Shown here piece after piece: positions 37,978 to 51,559 of a stretch of 64,000 nucleotides of DNA (its first letter is position 1; the number at the start of each line of letters is the position of its first letter). The position numbers and the translations under genes were made by a program. Source of the DNA: Monocercomonoides exilis PA203 (taxonomy: Eukaryota > Protista > Preaxostyla); the NCBI GenBank assembly GCA_001643675.2, contig LSRY02000017.1, positions 744,001 to 808,000 on the forward strand. Direction: 5' to 3'. Under the pieces are notes generated by a model that saw only the letters and a list, made by a program, of their open reading frames with translations, did no database searches and was not told where the DNA came from.

Positions 37978-40569
37978 GGAAAAAAAAAAACGATTGCATT
38001 GGAAATGACAACTCCGATGAAAATGAAGGAGGAGAAATGAATGGATTGATTACATCGGATGCACATCCAAAAGACATAAGCATGAACATGATTGCAATCT
38101 TTTTCTTTCTCGGAACCTGAATGCAATGTGCTGAATAATCAGAAGAAGAAGTCAAGTTACCTCCCACTTCCTACTCCCTCTTCCAGGCCTTCATCTCGAA
38201 AAACTGCACCACACACGCTTCACTTCATCATCGGAGGCTCAAAACAGATTACCCCTCCCACCTCATTCCTCCACAGCTGCAGCCCCACAAACTCCACCAG
38301 CAGCAGCATCTTTCGGATCAACAACCTCCGCCTTTTTTTCTTCGCAACCACCTCCTACACATCTTCCACTCGCATCTTCAGCCTTTCTTCCACCGACACC
38401 AACGAAAGCACCAGCAGTAATCTGTCCGGTTGCGGCTAACATTCTTATCAACCGCGCTGTTCTCAAATGGAGAAAGATGTTCTTGCATGTCGAATGCATC
38501 GCACACATCTGGATGCATCACGCGCATGGTTAAGAAGTGATTGTACTGGCACGCCTCCAGCACGACACAAACGACGGCAGACAGTACCCAGACAGCCCGT
38601 CTCATTCCTGAAGATCCGCGGTGACTGAGCAATCAGCATCTTCGCTTCCTTCTCCATCTTGTTCATCTTCAACCTTTCTATGGCATCCACTCCTCCTTCA
38701 CAGCCAATTTAACAACCACCTCCACTATTGTCCACAGCGCTGTTCTTCTCTGATCTCTCGCTGGTCAAATATCTTGTTCCCTCACTTCAGCCTCCTCCTC
38801 ACCCACCGCAATTTCTTCTCCTGCAACACTTGCACCGCTCTCCACGTTCATGGAAAGCTCCTTCCCACTTTTGTCTGGCCATATCTTCACAGGGCAGCAA
38901 TCTTCGATGCTCTCAGAGAACTTCTCCTCAAACTTTTCATACAGCCCCAAGGTCAAGATCAATTTTGCTGAAGACGGAACCTTCCCACCACACACAGAAA
39001 CCGACAAAAAAGACATGGCAAACTGCGACACCGAACTCACTTAAGAACCCACTCTGTCCCCACTTACAACCTCTTCATGCTTCGTCCGACTCTTTTTTTT
39101 CCTAATCCCTTCATCTTAAATTCCAGTTTTCTCATTCATTGCCACCAACTGATCCTGCATCTCCTTCACATCTCAGTAGCATTTCTAGCTCAGCTCCAGT
39201 ATCTTCCCCTCCTTCATTCGGATGATTCGGTCCTTCACCAGAAGTTGCTCTTCCAGTTCACCCATTCGCTTCTATGTTATCACGTCAGAACTAACCTCTT
39301 TCAGCAGAATGTTGACTCCAAAACCTCTTCTCATTCTTCAACAACACCTCCTCGTGCAACTCCTTCAGCTTCCAGACATTCCGCACCAGCCTATGTTTCT
39401 CCCACGCCAGCTCTTCCACAATCTCCTCGTTTTTCCAGGGAGTTCTGCTCTGCATCAATGCTTCATTTACATTTGTTGAACAGTGTCACTTCATCAGGAT
39501 TCGAAGGTGGAGATAGCGGCACCGCAAGCACTTATGCTAATGACTGCATCCATAGGTCATATAGGTTGCGAATCAACAGCAACGCTATTCACGTCCTTGC
39601 CTAAATATATTCGCTTGCTCCCTGAAATTGAGCTTATTGCAGCTAAAGAAAAAGGAATCAGCGTTATTAGCTTAACCGAAAGCATCACCAAAACAACAAC
39701 AACATGCACCGACAGCTTCTGCAGCCACTTCAGGACAGCAGCATGCGGTGCATACACTCACCAACCATTTTGACCTTTTTTCTTTTTTCCTTCACAATGA
39801 CAAAGCTGATCTGTGAGCTGCATGTATTGAAGAAGATGAGAAAAGTTAAAAAACAAAGCAGTCAACAGCTATATGAATAAAAAGAAATGAAAAAACAAAT
39901 GATTTAAATTTTTTTTTTCAGCATTAATCTCAAAGATAAATAAGAACTCATTATATCATTTACAAATTCTTTATAGTTTTTGCTTAAATGCACAACGATC
40001 TTCAATTGTTTTTCTGTCAAAATACAAACAAGTTCTATCAAAATTATTATTGTGAATTTTCGGATTCATGAAATGTGTGAAAGTCGAAAAGCTGATTTTT
40101 TGATAATCAAAAAATCAACGTATATAAAACAATTATTAAATCAAATAATTCACATTTTGAAATTAAATAGATAATAAATGTTACAACTCAAATTATTGAT
40201 ATATGAAACTCATTTTGTTAAAAAATAACAAAAGAAAATTCAAGTTGAAAACATTTCAGTTAAATAACAGGAAAAATTACAAATAAACTTTAATTATTGG
40301 AGCATTAAGGAAATGTTAACAACGACAATTGTAATTTAAAATATGTGAAACGCTTTCATATGAGATATAAGATTGAATTAATAATTCAAAAATTAATTAC
40401 GGTTAATGAAAAACAGTTTTTGATTTTGTGTGGGATAGATCAGGCTAAACAAAAGTGATTTTTCAAAAATTATCACCCATATCACAAAAATGTTCCTCCA
40501 TCATTTCAATCCCAGATTCACTTTGTATTCAACTGTGTCATCATATTCAACATCTTTTTCCGCACTCCC

Positions 40570-41900
40570 ACTTCATTCAATCATGCTGTTTAGAACAAGA
40601 TTTAAGCCATTCCTTCAAGCATAGATGAAGCAAAAGTGAGTAAAAATGGTTGCCATCTGTCTGAAGATAGAAGAATATGAGTATAGAACTGACAAAAATC
40701 GTCTATTCATCTGCTGATGTGTTTGCGTTGAATGATATTTTTTGTGAGCATCGATGTTAATGTTGGACAGATGCAAGTGAAAAAGTGCATCAGCCAGCTG
40801 CTGAAAGAAAAGACTGTCTTGTTAGCAATACATCACACGAAATATCTGCCTTATTTTGACACAGCCATCGCTATGGATGAGGACGGAAGGATCAGAAAGA
40901 TAGGCATGGCAGAAGAGTTAAAGGGGATTGCGAAGGAGATGGGGGTAATGGTGGAGGAGAAGGAAGAAAGAAAAGGAAGAGGAGAAGGAGAAGAGGAGGA
41001 GAATTGAGGAGAAAGAGAAAGAGAAATATTGGGAGATAATTTTGAAAACAATTGTAAAAAGAAGATTGAAGATGCAAATAACATTCCTTCTCCATCATCA
41101 TCATCATCATCACCATCTCAAGAAATTAGTTCCAAAAATAATATCAATTCCAAAGATAAAGCATCCAAACATTCACCTAAAAAAAACGCCTTCAAACACA
41201 AAAAGAATAAAAAAGCAATAGAAGCAAATGTTTTTGTTTTCCTTTCTGAGTTGTTTCAATCTTTCGTCAGGCTTCTTGTTCTTCCTCTTCTTTGCCGCGA
41301 GTCCCTTCTCCTCGTTCAGCAAGATTCCTGTGCGTCTGTTAAGCAACCACTTTCAGTAGCAGTCTGCCCATGCAATCAGGACAAACATAAACACAAAACT
41401 TTTCCACGCTCCGATGAAATTCTTCGACATCACACCCTCCAGCATGTTGTGCAGAAAACTGAATGGAGTGAACCCCATCAGCTGCAGCGTCCTCCACTCC
41501 TTCACTGCCACTGCCTCCTCCCTCGCGAAGCTGCCCTTGGCGCTGGTAGCAATTCACTCAGCAATGCATGCGCTTCTGGTGCCTGTTGTGCTGTCAACGA
41601 GTGCGATGGTGCTGATCAGCGATTCGACATCGCTCGCAAAGCTCCGCATTGACCGATCGTTGGTTGCTGCCCGAAGCGGATCAGGGCGCTTCTTCAAGCA
41701 GTGTGCGGAAGGGGCGGCAACGATAAGGGCGTTTGGAGTACAGAAGGAGGTGGAGGAGAGGCAGAGGGAGCTGTGCAGAAGTTAGTGCGATGCACAATTC
41801 AACTCGAAAAGTGTGGATGAGCTGGTTGAAAATGTCAACAGCTGATGTTTCAATGCGCTTGAGCTGTTGACTTATCTGATATGATTGTCTTGAAAGCTGC
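40570..41900 (+). pseudogene. ABCC/MRP transporter remnant: NBD1 signature/Walker B region and part of TMD2
   Basis: CCLEQDL...VSKNGCHLSE...IVYSSADVFALND..SIDVNVGQ...CISQLLKEKTVLLAIHHTKYL...DGRI, then PMKFFDITPS and EGAATIRAFG, with multiple frameshifts. Confidence 0.8.
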
Positions 41901-42329
41901 GGGGAGAAACACGTATTTTCTGCCGATGGTGCTTTAAATGGCTAATAATAAAATTTATTCGGAGAAAGATTTGTATATTATGTTTGTAATGATACAAGAC
42001 ATGTTGGGGAAGATCGGGCTGAAAAGAGAATTGCGTGATGCGGAGCTCGATGGAGAGTGAACTATAAATGTTCCAGAGGATGTTAATGAAAAGAGCAAGA
42101 TAATTTGATGCAGCTAATCGAAAGAAGAGAATTCAGTGAATGGAAATGGAATAGAATCTTCAAATGTTTTTTTTTTTTTTTTTCTTTTCTTTTTCTTTTT
42201 CTTCTTCTTCTTCTAATTCTAATTTTTCTTCCACGTCTTTAAAAACATCGAAAACGACAAACAACTATATTCTCAGAAAAAACTTGTCTCCATCACATAT
42301 TATTTCAACAGAGAAGAATTCGATTTTTC

Positions 42330-44520
42330 ACGATGGGAAGAGAGAAAGAACTGAGGGATCTTTACAGCAAACGAGGCAGATTCGCAGCAATTTCCATCTG
42401 AGCAAACAAAGACAACTTTGTTGGAGGACAAATCTGAACATTTGGTGAAGGAATTAGGAGAAGAACATAAAGCAAAGAGGAAATGTGATGAAACCACTCA
42501 GAAGTTGGCATCTCTTTTGAACCAGTCGTCATCTTCATCATCTTCGTCTTCGTCTTCTTCATCTTCAAAGAACAATGATTGTTTGAAGTGCGATGGGGAG
42601 AAAAGGGATGAAAGAGCATATATGGAGCAGAATGGAATGCCAGATGGAGGGGCATTTGATGGTGAGGAGTTGGGCTAAGTGCAAGGTATCCAACTTTTCA
42701 TTTGAATTTTGTGGATGAGCTATTCAACGTGAAAATGGATGAGGAAGAACACAAAGATGGTGGCACTCTACCTCACCAGCCACAAAGCGATGGCAGCACT
42801 GAGCAGATGAGAAGCACAGAAAAGTCTTCATCAAATACAACTCTATCAAACTCATCAGCTCAAGTTTCAAATCCTTCTTCAGTTGAGTCTTCGGTGGTCC
42901 AAACGTCCATCTCATCCACATCTGATTTTTAATCGACTCAACCGCACACATCTCCAACATCATTGTTTGCTTCTTCTGCTTCATCTTCATTTCCTTCAAT
43001 TCCTTCGTGTTAGCAATCTCCTTCAAACATTGAAACAATTTTTCAACCAATAACATCTTTTCTATCGATAGCTGTGTCTTCTGCTCCTTCAGGTTGCACA
43101 GAAAGTGTGAAAAGTGCATCGGGAAAAGGATGCAGAAAAGCAAAGCCGACTAAGAAGAAAAAGCAGAAAAAGAAAAGAGGGAATAAAAGCATGATAAATG
43201 ATCCAATGTTTAATTCATATGCAGTTTGGCAATCATCTGAATTTATTAATGTTTTTGAATCATAGCGTTTCTTGGATAATGGTAAAGGAAATGATAGCAC
43301 ACAGTCTCCGAATGCTTCAGGCAACAGAAGTATCCCAGGATCAGAGAGGCCATTTCCTCAGGGAATACATCAAACAGCCCCAAAAACAACTCCTCAAATA
43401 TCTCTTCATCCATCTGTGCCAACAACCCCAGCAACACCAGAAAAGCCAGCAACACCATCCACTTCGCAAACACATTCACCAAACTCGAATTTGAGCTAGC
43501 TTCCTTTGCGACAGCAAAAGAGCCAGTCGAACTCTTCCATTAACAATCTGAAAGCAGCAGAAACCGCATTGCCAAAAACATTGTTTCTTTTTTTGCAAAT
43601 GTCATAACCTTTGCAATCGGGCATATCGTTGCAACGAACCTCCCCCCTCTTGAATTATTCTCCTTCAGCATCGCTTTGCAATCTTCTTTCGTCTTCGTCT
43701 TCTATTTCTTCGAATGTTATGAGCGAAAAGCGGAGCACACAGAATTTGTGGAATGCACGGGGATCATCGCTGAGCCCTTCCATGTAAGCATCTCCGCAGT
43801 TGCTGGCATGTTCTCCGTCAATCGCCATTGCGATTCCTCCTTCATCGCTACACTCTCCTGCCTCAAACAAAAACTCTCTTGCGAACAAAGTTTTGCATCC
43901 ATTAGGAGAGGCGCATTCGCTGCCAACGCTTTTGAACAGGGCGGATGAGTCATTTCTGCCTTCTCGTTTGGAGAGTGCAGCCAGATCACAGGAGTGTGGC
44001 TCAAACATTGACCACATCAATTTCTTCCCTTCAGAGTTGTCGAATATTCAGCCAACTTCTGTTGGCTCGAAGAAAGTCTGCACAAAGACAACATTGTCTC
44101 CGAATGACAAAAGATTTTCCTCTTCATTTTTGAGTCCTGTTCTTTCGTTTCCTCAGTTTCAGAAGGCAGACCCAACGACTTCAACGATTGACAGCTCATC
44201 TCCTTCAGTACCATCAATTTCGAGTGCTATTGAGCCATCTGGAAAGTCTGCTTCATCTATGCAGTCAAGAGTGCATGACTCAATTTTGTTTCCACACTCA
44301 TCAGAGGAGAAGCAGTCTCTGATTGATAAAGAATAGAAGGAGAATGAAAGAGAAAGCAAATCTACCTCTTCTTCCTCTTCTTCCTCTTTTTCCTCTTCTT
44401 CCTCATTCAAATTATCATTTAACTTTTCTTTCAACTTCTGAAAATCAATCAAATTTTGATTTTCATTCTAAATCTCTTGTTTCTTCCATTCAACAACAAA
44501 AAGATGAAAAAGATTCTATG
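42330..44520 (+). pseudogene. Degraded Ser/Pro-rich hypothetical gene
   Basis: A chain of short same-strand ORFs with coding-like composition, interrupted by stops. Confidence 0.4.
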
Positions 44521-44580
44521 AAACAATTTTAGAAACAGTTGCTGTCTTTATCTTAAAAATTATTTTTCGTCAAGATCTTT

Positions 44581-44612
<32 letters not shown>

Positions 44613-45231
44613 GTATTTCTTTATTTGTTTCAACATAAGTTGTGCAAATGATAACGAGTGATTGATTGAATTTTTTTTTAATTTATTGGCTTTAACAAAA
44701 TATTGACAACTTTCCATAATAATTTCATTCTCTGGAAAATTTCTCTTTTTTTCATGCTTAGCACAACTAAAGTTCATCGAAGCACTCGAAAAAGACTGAT
44801 AAAATCGGAAGCAATGTAGATTGCTGACATTTTTAAGAAAATGCCTTATGAGAACTCTGTTTTGTTATTAAATGCTTTTGTGCTTGATGATGAATTTGGA
44901 AAACTTCTTTTCCGTGATTTTATTAAATCGTGTTACTGTCTGCATATTTCTTTTTGATTTTCTTTAATAACTGATTTAATTTTTATTTTCGATAATGATA
45001 TATTTACACCATCCATTTTTAACAAATGAAAAATGCGAACTTTATTCTTATTCATTAGCTTCAGTTAAGAAAATCATTTATGAAGTGGAAAAAACAATAC
45101 AAAAGTAAAATTTGACATTAACATTTCCCTCTTCTTCTTCTTATATCCTCTCAGCATCCTCTCATTCATTTCAATTAGCTTCTTTTCCCTCTTCTTCTTC
45201 TTTTTTTGCGTCTTCAACATCTTCAACATAT

Positions 45232-45488
45232 GGGTGATTATTTTTGAAATCATATCTTTTTTCGGGGTGTTGATTTTTCAATGATTGAAAGTTTTTCGAA
45301 AAAAATTTTTGTTTCAAATAAGAAAAAGCATGATAATTGTTTTTTAAAACAAATGGTTTTTCCGAATCAAGGATTAAAATGCATTCAATAAGCCTTTTTT
45401 CTTTTCAATTCGTTTTTATTGATATTTAAGAAATATATTTGCTCCGAAATTTTTGAATGAAAAAATATGATTTCAAAAATAATCACCC
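45232..45488. mobile_element. MITE of the GGGTGA family (257 bp)
   Basis: TIR GGGTGATTATTTTTGAAATCATAT with TSD ATAT on both sides. It interrupts a Ser-rich reading frame. Confidence 0.92.
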
Positions 45489-46935
45489 ATATTCTCCATC
45501 TTCTGCATCTGCTCCTTCAGATTTTTTGCAATTGCAACCTTCGCTTTCCAATGCAAGTGCTTCATATGCTTCATTCCCATTGCCTAGTTCGTCTCAGACT
45601 TCAACGACGAATTCACTTCCAACAAAAACACAGACATCTTTAGGAAATCACTCTGAGACTGCTCAAAAAGCACAGTTTGCATCATCTAATCAATCTTATT
45701 TATCAATTCCTTCTTCTTCTCTTTCTTCTTCTTCTTCCTCTTCTTTTTCTCCTTCATCTATCACATCAATGCAAAATATCCAGACTCAACAGCAACAGCA
45801 ACAACCTTCTCCTCAAATTTCCACAAACATATTCAAAGAAAGTGAAGAAAATGATTCTTTTTCATTTACACATCATATCAATGATTTTTGTATTTCTTTT
45901 GAAGCCACTTCTTCATTTCACACAAATAAAAAAGAAGCAAAGAAATGCAAAAAACATTCGACTTTTTCTTCCAAAATAACAAAACAAACTAAAAAGCAAT
46001 ATTCTTCATTATCATCTTTTTCTTCATTATCTGCAAAAGAAAATTCAAGATCCTGCGTAATCATGCTTCTTTCTTCTCAAAGAGGCTTGAAAAATAATGG
46101 TAGCGTGTGCTCTCTTTCTGCCATTTGTCAATGCATGGCTTCTCTTAATCTTGAATTTATAGACATTTCAAAAATGAACAGTATGCAAAAAACAATTATG
46201 CAGCTGTTTCATCTTCTTCGAATCTCTTCGTTTAATTTCAATGTGTGGGATGGAAATCAGATTAATAAATTTTACGACACTTATCTTGGAGGAAAGAATC
46301 AGCCAAAAGAACTGTCTGTTGTTTTTGAAAGACTTCTCAAAGTTCTTTCCAAAAATTGCAACGTAATAAATGATATGTTTTCTATCATTTCACAAAATGT
46401 TTTAATGCATGTTCATTGTAATGATTTCTCTTTTTCAAGAAGGAATGATCAATTTTTTGTGACAATTAGAGGATCAGATGTTGTTTCTGGTCTTCAAAAT
46501 CTATTGACTTGCAGTTCTGTTTTAGTTGAAAAGAGAGAAGGAGAGTGAGTAACATTTCACAAAGATAGACATTTTTTGAAATATGTTCGTTTTTTGTATT
46601 TTCCAAAAGTGTTAAGTGTTTTGTTCAACATTGGTGATTTTTTCACTGTAACAGCTCCTCCTCTTTCTATTCATTTTGTTGATTCAGGGTTAGGGCCTGA
46701 GGATTTAAGTATATTTGATCCAAAGGCTTCCTTTGAAGATTTATTCTTTTCTTCAAGTTCTGTTGATGATGTTGTTGTTTATGAATTTGTTGGATGTGTT
46801 ATTCATTCAAGTATTCTTTATAAGCAAGGGCATTTTTTGGCCATTGTGATAGTAGATGTTTCTAAACCTAGTTCAGTTTCGAAGTTTATTGAGTGTAATG
46901 ATCATATTGTTTCAGAAATTATTCCTGAAAAATAA
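45489..46935 (+). pseudogene. Degenerate USP (C19) domain preceded by a Ser-rich linker
   Basis: Cys box RGLKNNGSVCSLSAICQCM and His box YEFVGCVIHSS...QGHFLAIV...FIECNDHIV. ORFs 45457 and 46576 share one frame, separated by a single TGA at 46546-46548. Confidence 0.7.
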
Positions 46936-47094
46936 AATGATTATTTGAATCATCTCGCTTCAAAAAATTTTCATCCTTCTATTTGTTTTTTCGAAAAAAT
47001 TGAAATATCATAATTCTTTTCATTTTTTATTTTTTTTATTTTAATTTTTAAGAATTTTCTAAATTGCAAAAAAACAAATTTAACTTTTCGATTT

Positions 47095-47346
47095 GGGTGA
47101 TTATTTTTGAAATCATATCTTTTTTCGGGGTGTTGATTTTTCAATGATTGAAAGTTTTTCGAAAAAAATTTTTGTTTCAAATAAGAAAAAGCATGATAAT
47201 TGTTTTTTAAAACAAATGGTTTTTCCGAATCAAGGATTAAAATGCATTCAATAAGCCTTTTTTCTTTTCAATTCGTTTTTATTGATATTTAAGAAATATA
47301 TTTGCTCCGAAATTTTTGAATGAAAAAATATGATTTCAAAAATAAT
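47095..47346. mobile_element. Second copy of the 45232 MITE, missing the last 5 bp of the right TIR
   Basis: An apparently identical 252-bp direct repeat of 45232-45483. Confidence 0.9.
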
Positions 47347-48019
47347 AAATTTTATTATTTTTCTTTTTTGTTTTTTTCCTAATAATAACAATAAATCATT
47401 GTTAGAATATTTATTTAAAGACTCTTATTTTGAATAAATGATAATTCAAAATTAAAAATTAATTCAACTCTGTGAATAATTGTTTATTATTTATTTTTTA
47501 CTTGATTAACAACAACATGAGGTTATTAGTTGTTTTCAAATAATATTTTTTTCTAAGAGAACTTATATGAAAGAAAAACAGATTTTTAATGGATAAACAT
47601 TTTTTAACTTAAAAAATCCATATCTCTGAAAGAAGAAAGAATAAATAAATAAATAATGTCATATTTTATTCATTAATAAACGACGTTTGAAAAACATTTA
47701 ATGAAAATAATTTAAAAACCATTTTTTAAGAATAATCATATTTTTTTGTTCTATTTTTGTTGGGAAAAAATGAATCATTCAAAAATGTTCAGGAAAAATA
47801 TATTTGACTTCAAAATAATGCAAAAAGGATATTTTGTTGATATTTTGGTAATTTTTCGAAAAAATATTTATCCTTTTCAAAAAATTGATTGATCACAACA
47901 ACCCTTAATTATATTTCTTTTTCGATTTTTAATCTTTTTTAATGATATTAAAAATAATCACCAATATGTGTGACTGCTATTTGGTAATGCTGTTGCACAT
48001 TTAGCCTCTTAGCCTTTCA

Positions 48020-48720
48020 TCCTGAAGAACAGAAGTGCGCACAAGGCAAATGGAGAGGAAAGGATTGCTGAAGGAGGAAAGAAAGAAAAATCAATATTCC
48101 CGATTATAGAAATCATTGTGATCATAATATGCGTTATTCTGTTTGTTATCATTGTTGTTCTGGCTGTTCGTTGGAAGAAGGCAAGGAATGAGAACAAAGA
48201 TCTAGAGATGATTGTGGAAGACACAGTGAAAAAGGATCCGAAGTTGATTGAGATGACCACGATGGAGATGTCACCAGAGAAGCAATGGTGAAGAGCGGAG
48301 AGAGAGGCAGAGAGGAAGAACGATGAAAGGATCAAGAAGAGGGTGTATGCGAAAAGCTTGGGACACTCGGAGTCATCAGAACATCTTCTGTCTGAAAGTG
48401 GTTCCACAGAATACATCTTGGGAAGAGATTCAGACAAGATCCCTGATTGGGCACTGGAGAAGGTTGATGAAAAAGAAGAGGAAACAAGGAAGAGAACTCC
48501 ATCACATTCCATTTCATCCACTTCAACAACTGATTCAGATTCAACTTTTGTTCATGGGGAGGATCTGTGTCCAACCACCTCATCCATGTCGAATCTGGTG
48601 GATGTAATGGCCTGCGAGTCTCCGCACGAGAAGCTGATTGTGGATCTGATGGATTTGCTGTTCATATTGCTTCATAGAAGTGAGAAAACTGAGGTAAAGA
48701 TAAGAAATTTGGTAGATTGA
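48020..48720 (+). pseudogene. Fragment of an expanded oxymonad transmembrane/kinase-like family (TM helix plus juxtamembrane region)
   Basis: IIEIIVIIICVILFVIIVVLAVRWKK...SESGSTEYILGRDSDKIPDWALEKV...MACESPHEKLIVDL, with an in-frame TGA at ~48288 and truncation. The family assignment comes from recalled motif similarity. Confidence 0.6.
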
Positions 48721-49109
48721 ATGTTTGTCAATCTTTTTCAGAACAAGAAATGGTTTGTTTTTGAGATGATATCAATGCATCTTGTCATCCATTCCAGAGG
48801 TTTTTTTTTTCGCATAAGCAACCCAAAAAAAAGGTTCTTTAAAATAATTAAATTTAAAATCACATTGTTATTTTAAATTTGATAACTGAATAAAATATGT
48901 CTATTTAACAAAGATTTTTGCAAATTGAAAAAAACATAACACTAGAGTTAATATTGAAAGAAAAAAACGTTAAATTGTGTTTGATATGAAAATAAATACT
49001 ATTATATATTAATATTTATTTATTTCAGTGTTCAATTCCACAGAGGGTTGAGAAAAACTAAAATTGCGATTTGATTAATGAAAGCTCCGAAAAGCATAGC
49101 AAATTTCAT

Positions 49110-49112
49110 ATT

Positions 49113-49191
<79 letters not shown>

Positions 49192-49222
49192 TTTTATTTT
49201 ATTTTATTTTTTTCTTTTTTAT
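49110..49222 (+). repeat. (TTTA)n/(TTTTA)n microsatellite
   Basis: Directly visible. Confidence 0.95.
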
Positions 49223-49299
49223 TTTATTTTATTTTATTTTATTCAATGATTTTTTTTATAGGAGAGGGAATAAAAACAAACCCAACATTTGAAGAGGAG

Positions 49300-51450
49300 A
49301 TAGCTAGAGCCGAATCAGGAACAAAAACATAAGCATATTCAGTCGCCGTTCTGACGGGAGGAATTCTTTTTTGAAGGAAAATCAGATTGGGTCATCGGAG
49401 GGAGAACGAAATTCTTCCTCCAGGCATGGGGGGACATGAAAGTGAAGAGAATAATCTTTAATGGAGTTAAACCTATGTAGAATCAGAAGTCGGCAAGAGG
49501 AAAATTGGGTAAAAATGAAGTTACGAATGGGAAATGGTTCATTGAAACAGAGAAAGATCCAGAAGAAAGAACACCTTAGGTGAGGGAATGAATTCAAAAT
49601 TGAAGTGTCAGGGAGCTGTGGAAATCGGAAGTCAAATGTCTTTGCAACTTGTATTTCAATAACAAGAAGAACGGAAAAAATCTTCAAGTCTTGGACTGCC
49701 TTTCTCTGAATGGATCGTTAAAGGAGGATCATTTTAAGATGGAAATCTTACGCACTAAAGAAAAGCTTCTTCCTAGGTGGTACTTTGCAACATCTTTTAA
49801 CATCATCCATGCATATTTTTAAATTCCATAAAACGAATATTTTATCCCTCAACTTGAATTCAAGTTCGAAAACAATAACTTAGCATTTTATTAAATACCA
49901 TTCGGAACAAAAGATGCTCCTCACATCTTCACCAAGGTGATGCGAGAAGCAGCAAATAAAGTGAGACAGAAATGGAATTTTCGTTGTGCATTGAACATCA
50001 ACAACGTGCTCCTCTTTTTCCAAAATACAGAAGAGCTTGCAAGAATAACGCAAGAGATTGCTCAATGGTTCGGAACGTTGGAGTTCATCATCAACTAGGA
50101 GAAGTGCGAGAAAGCTGCCAAACAAGTGATCATGCATCAAGGATAGACATGAAATACGAACCAGATGAGTGTTTACTTGGAACAGGAGAGGAGGATGAGC
50201 TTGTGTGCAATGTGCAAGAGATGGGAAAGGATCGCTATGTGAAACGTGCAAGTGAGAACGAGGCGTTATGCGGGATTAGTTGGATGAATCAGTTCATTCA
50301 GATTTATTGTGAAAGACACCACAATGCACATGAATACGCTTTTCGAATCCCCAACCAAGGCAGTCAAGAAGGCGGGGTGGGGTGGATCATTCCGACTCAG
50401 TCCCAAGGTCTATGACCAAATACAATACTGGCAAACCCGTCTTCTCATCAGCCAACCACGCAAACTCAATTCGTTTCAGCCATGGCAGGCAATTCTGACA
50501 ACCGATGCTTCTCAGACAACAGAGGGAGCAAACCTGCAAATCGCCCGAAAGAAGTTAGTCTTCTACACATCATTCAGGGTGGCAGACAGAACACAATCAT
50601 CCAACTCACGGGAGTTGCTGGCAATATAACAATCACTCCGGTACTTACATCCACTGCTCAGGGAGCAGAGAATGAAGCGCCTGCTGATCGGATCGGACAA
50701 CAAGTCAGCAGTTTTCAACATCAATCGTCGGGGAGCAGGAAGGAATCTGAGATGTCTATTGAAGAGGATTCACAGTCTGTTGACAAAGGAACAGCTGGTG
50801 GTGAAAGCAGTTCTTTTTCCGGGAGCGAACAATATAGAAGCAGACGCCCTGTCTCGTTAAGGGTGAGCGAGATACCACCAGATATGCAACATAGTTATGG
50901 AAGACGATCTGAGAAGAATGAAAGTTCGACCTTTCATAGACACATTTTCATTTAGTAAAAACAACAAACCAAGAAGGTGGAGCGGAGTAGGAAGCCATAT
51001 GTTCGAAGACAATCTCTCTTGGAAATGAATCAAGGAGAAAGTTAAAGACTTTTCACTGATTCTTCTTTATCTCTTGACGCTTTGGTAGACAGAAACGGAA
51101 AAACCGAAAGCGATTTTGCTCCTGTCGAATTGGAGAGGATAGATGTGGAGTCTTCTCTTGGGAAAGTCAATGACATGGTTCATTATCTGGAATCATAGCA
51201 ATTATTGTTTGAAGCCGGGAATGTGAATGACTCAAGCGGGTACTACGCTTCCACCGGGACAGCACATGGCAGCAAAGTTATGGTGAGACAAAGAGGTGAA
51301 CAATTTTATTTCAGAACAGCAGAGAGTAACAACATTGACAAAAGAATTGCCTTGGAAGTGAAAGGGAGCGTGTGCGAGAATACGTGAATTGTGTTTTCTC
51401 ATGGATATGCTTTATATTGCAAGACGACATGCTTTCTGGATGGAACTGAA
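49300..51450 (+). mobile_element. Degenerate DIRS-like retrotransposon relic (RT, RNase H, start of downstream domains)
   Basis: DHFKME, DAPHIFTKVMR, ILTTDAS, SSNSRELLAI, SDNKSAVFNINR and NIEADALSR are collinear with the 53-57 kb element. There are many stops and frameshifts, and the ends are approximate. Confidence 0.8.
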
Positions 51451-51559
51451 TGCCAGAAGGAGTGGAGTTGTTAAATAAAAGGCTGTTGCATCGACTTTAT
51501 TTTTTAAAGTGACAACTGTATTTGTTATTAAGTGTTGAGTCAGAAAAATTCAGCTATTT

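Larger units (their letters stand above)
15138..40478. mobile_element. Giant TIR element E1 (Sola2-like termini), 25.3 kb including nested insertions
   Basis: A perfect 24-bp TIR GGGTGATAATTTTTGAAAAATCAC lies at 15138-15161 and 40455-40478, with ATAT on both flanks (15134-15137, 40479-40482). It separates collinear halves of an ABCC NBD1. Confidence 0.8.

Noticed and set aside
37682-38167. Poly-Glu, poly-Leu and poly-Ser ORFs
   Set aside because: They are products of the (GAA)n microsatellite.
47095-47963. Composite element from the left TIR at 47095 to the degenerate right TIR at ~47942-47963
   Set aside because: The flanks differ (ATTT vs ATAT) and the TIR variants do not match.
49071-49332. 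ORFs with FIYL repeats
   Set aside because: They are translations of the (TTTA)n microsatellite.
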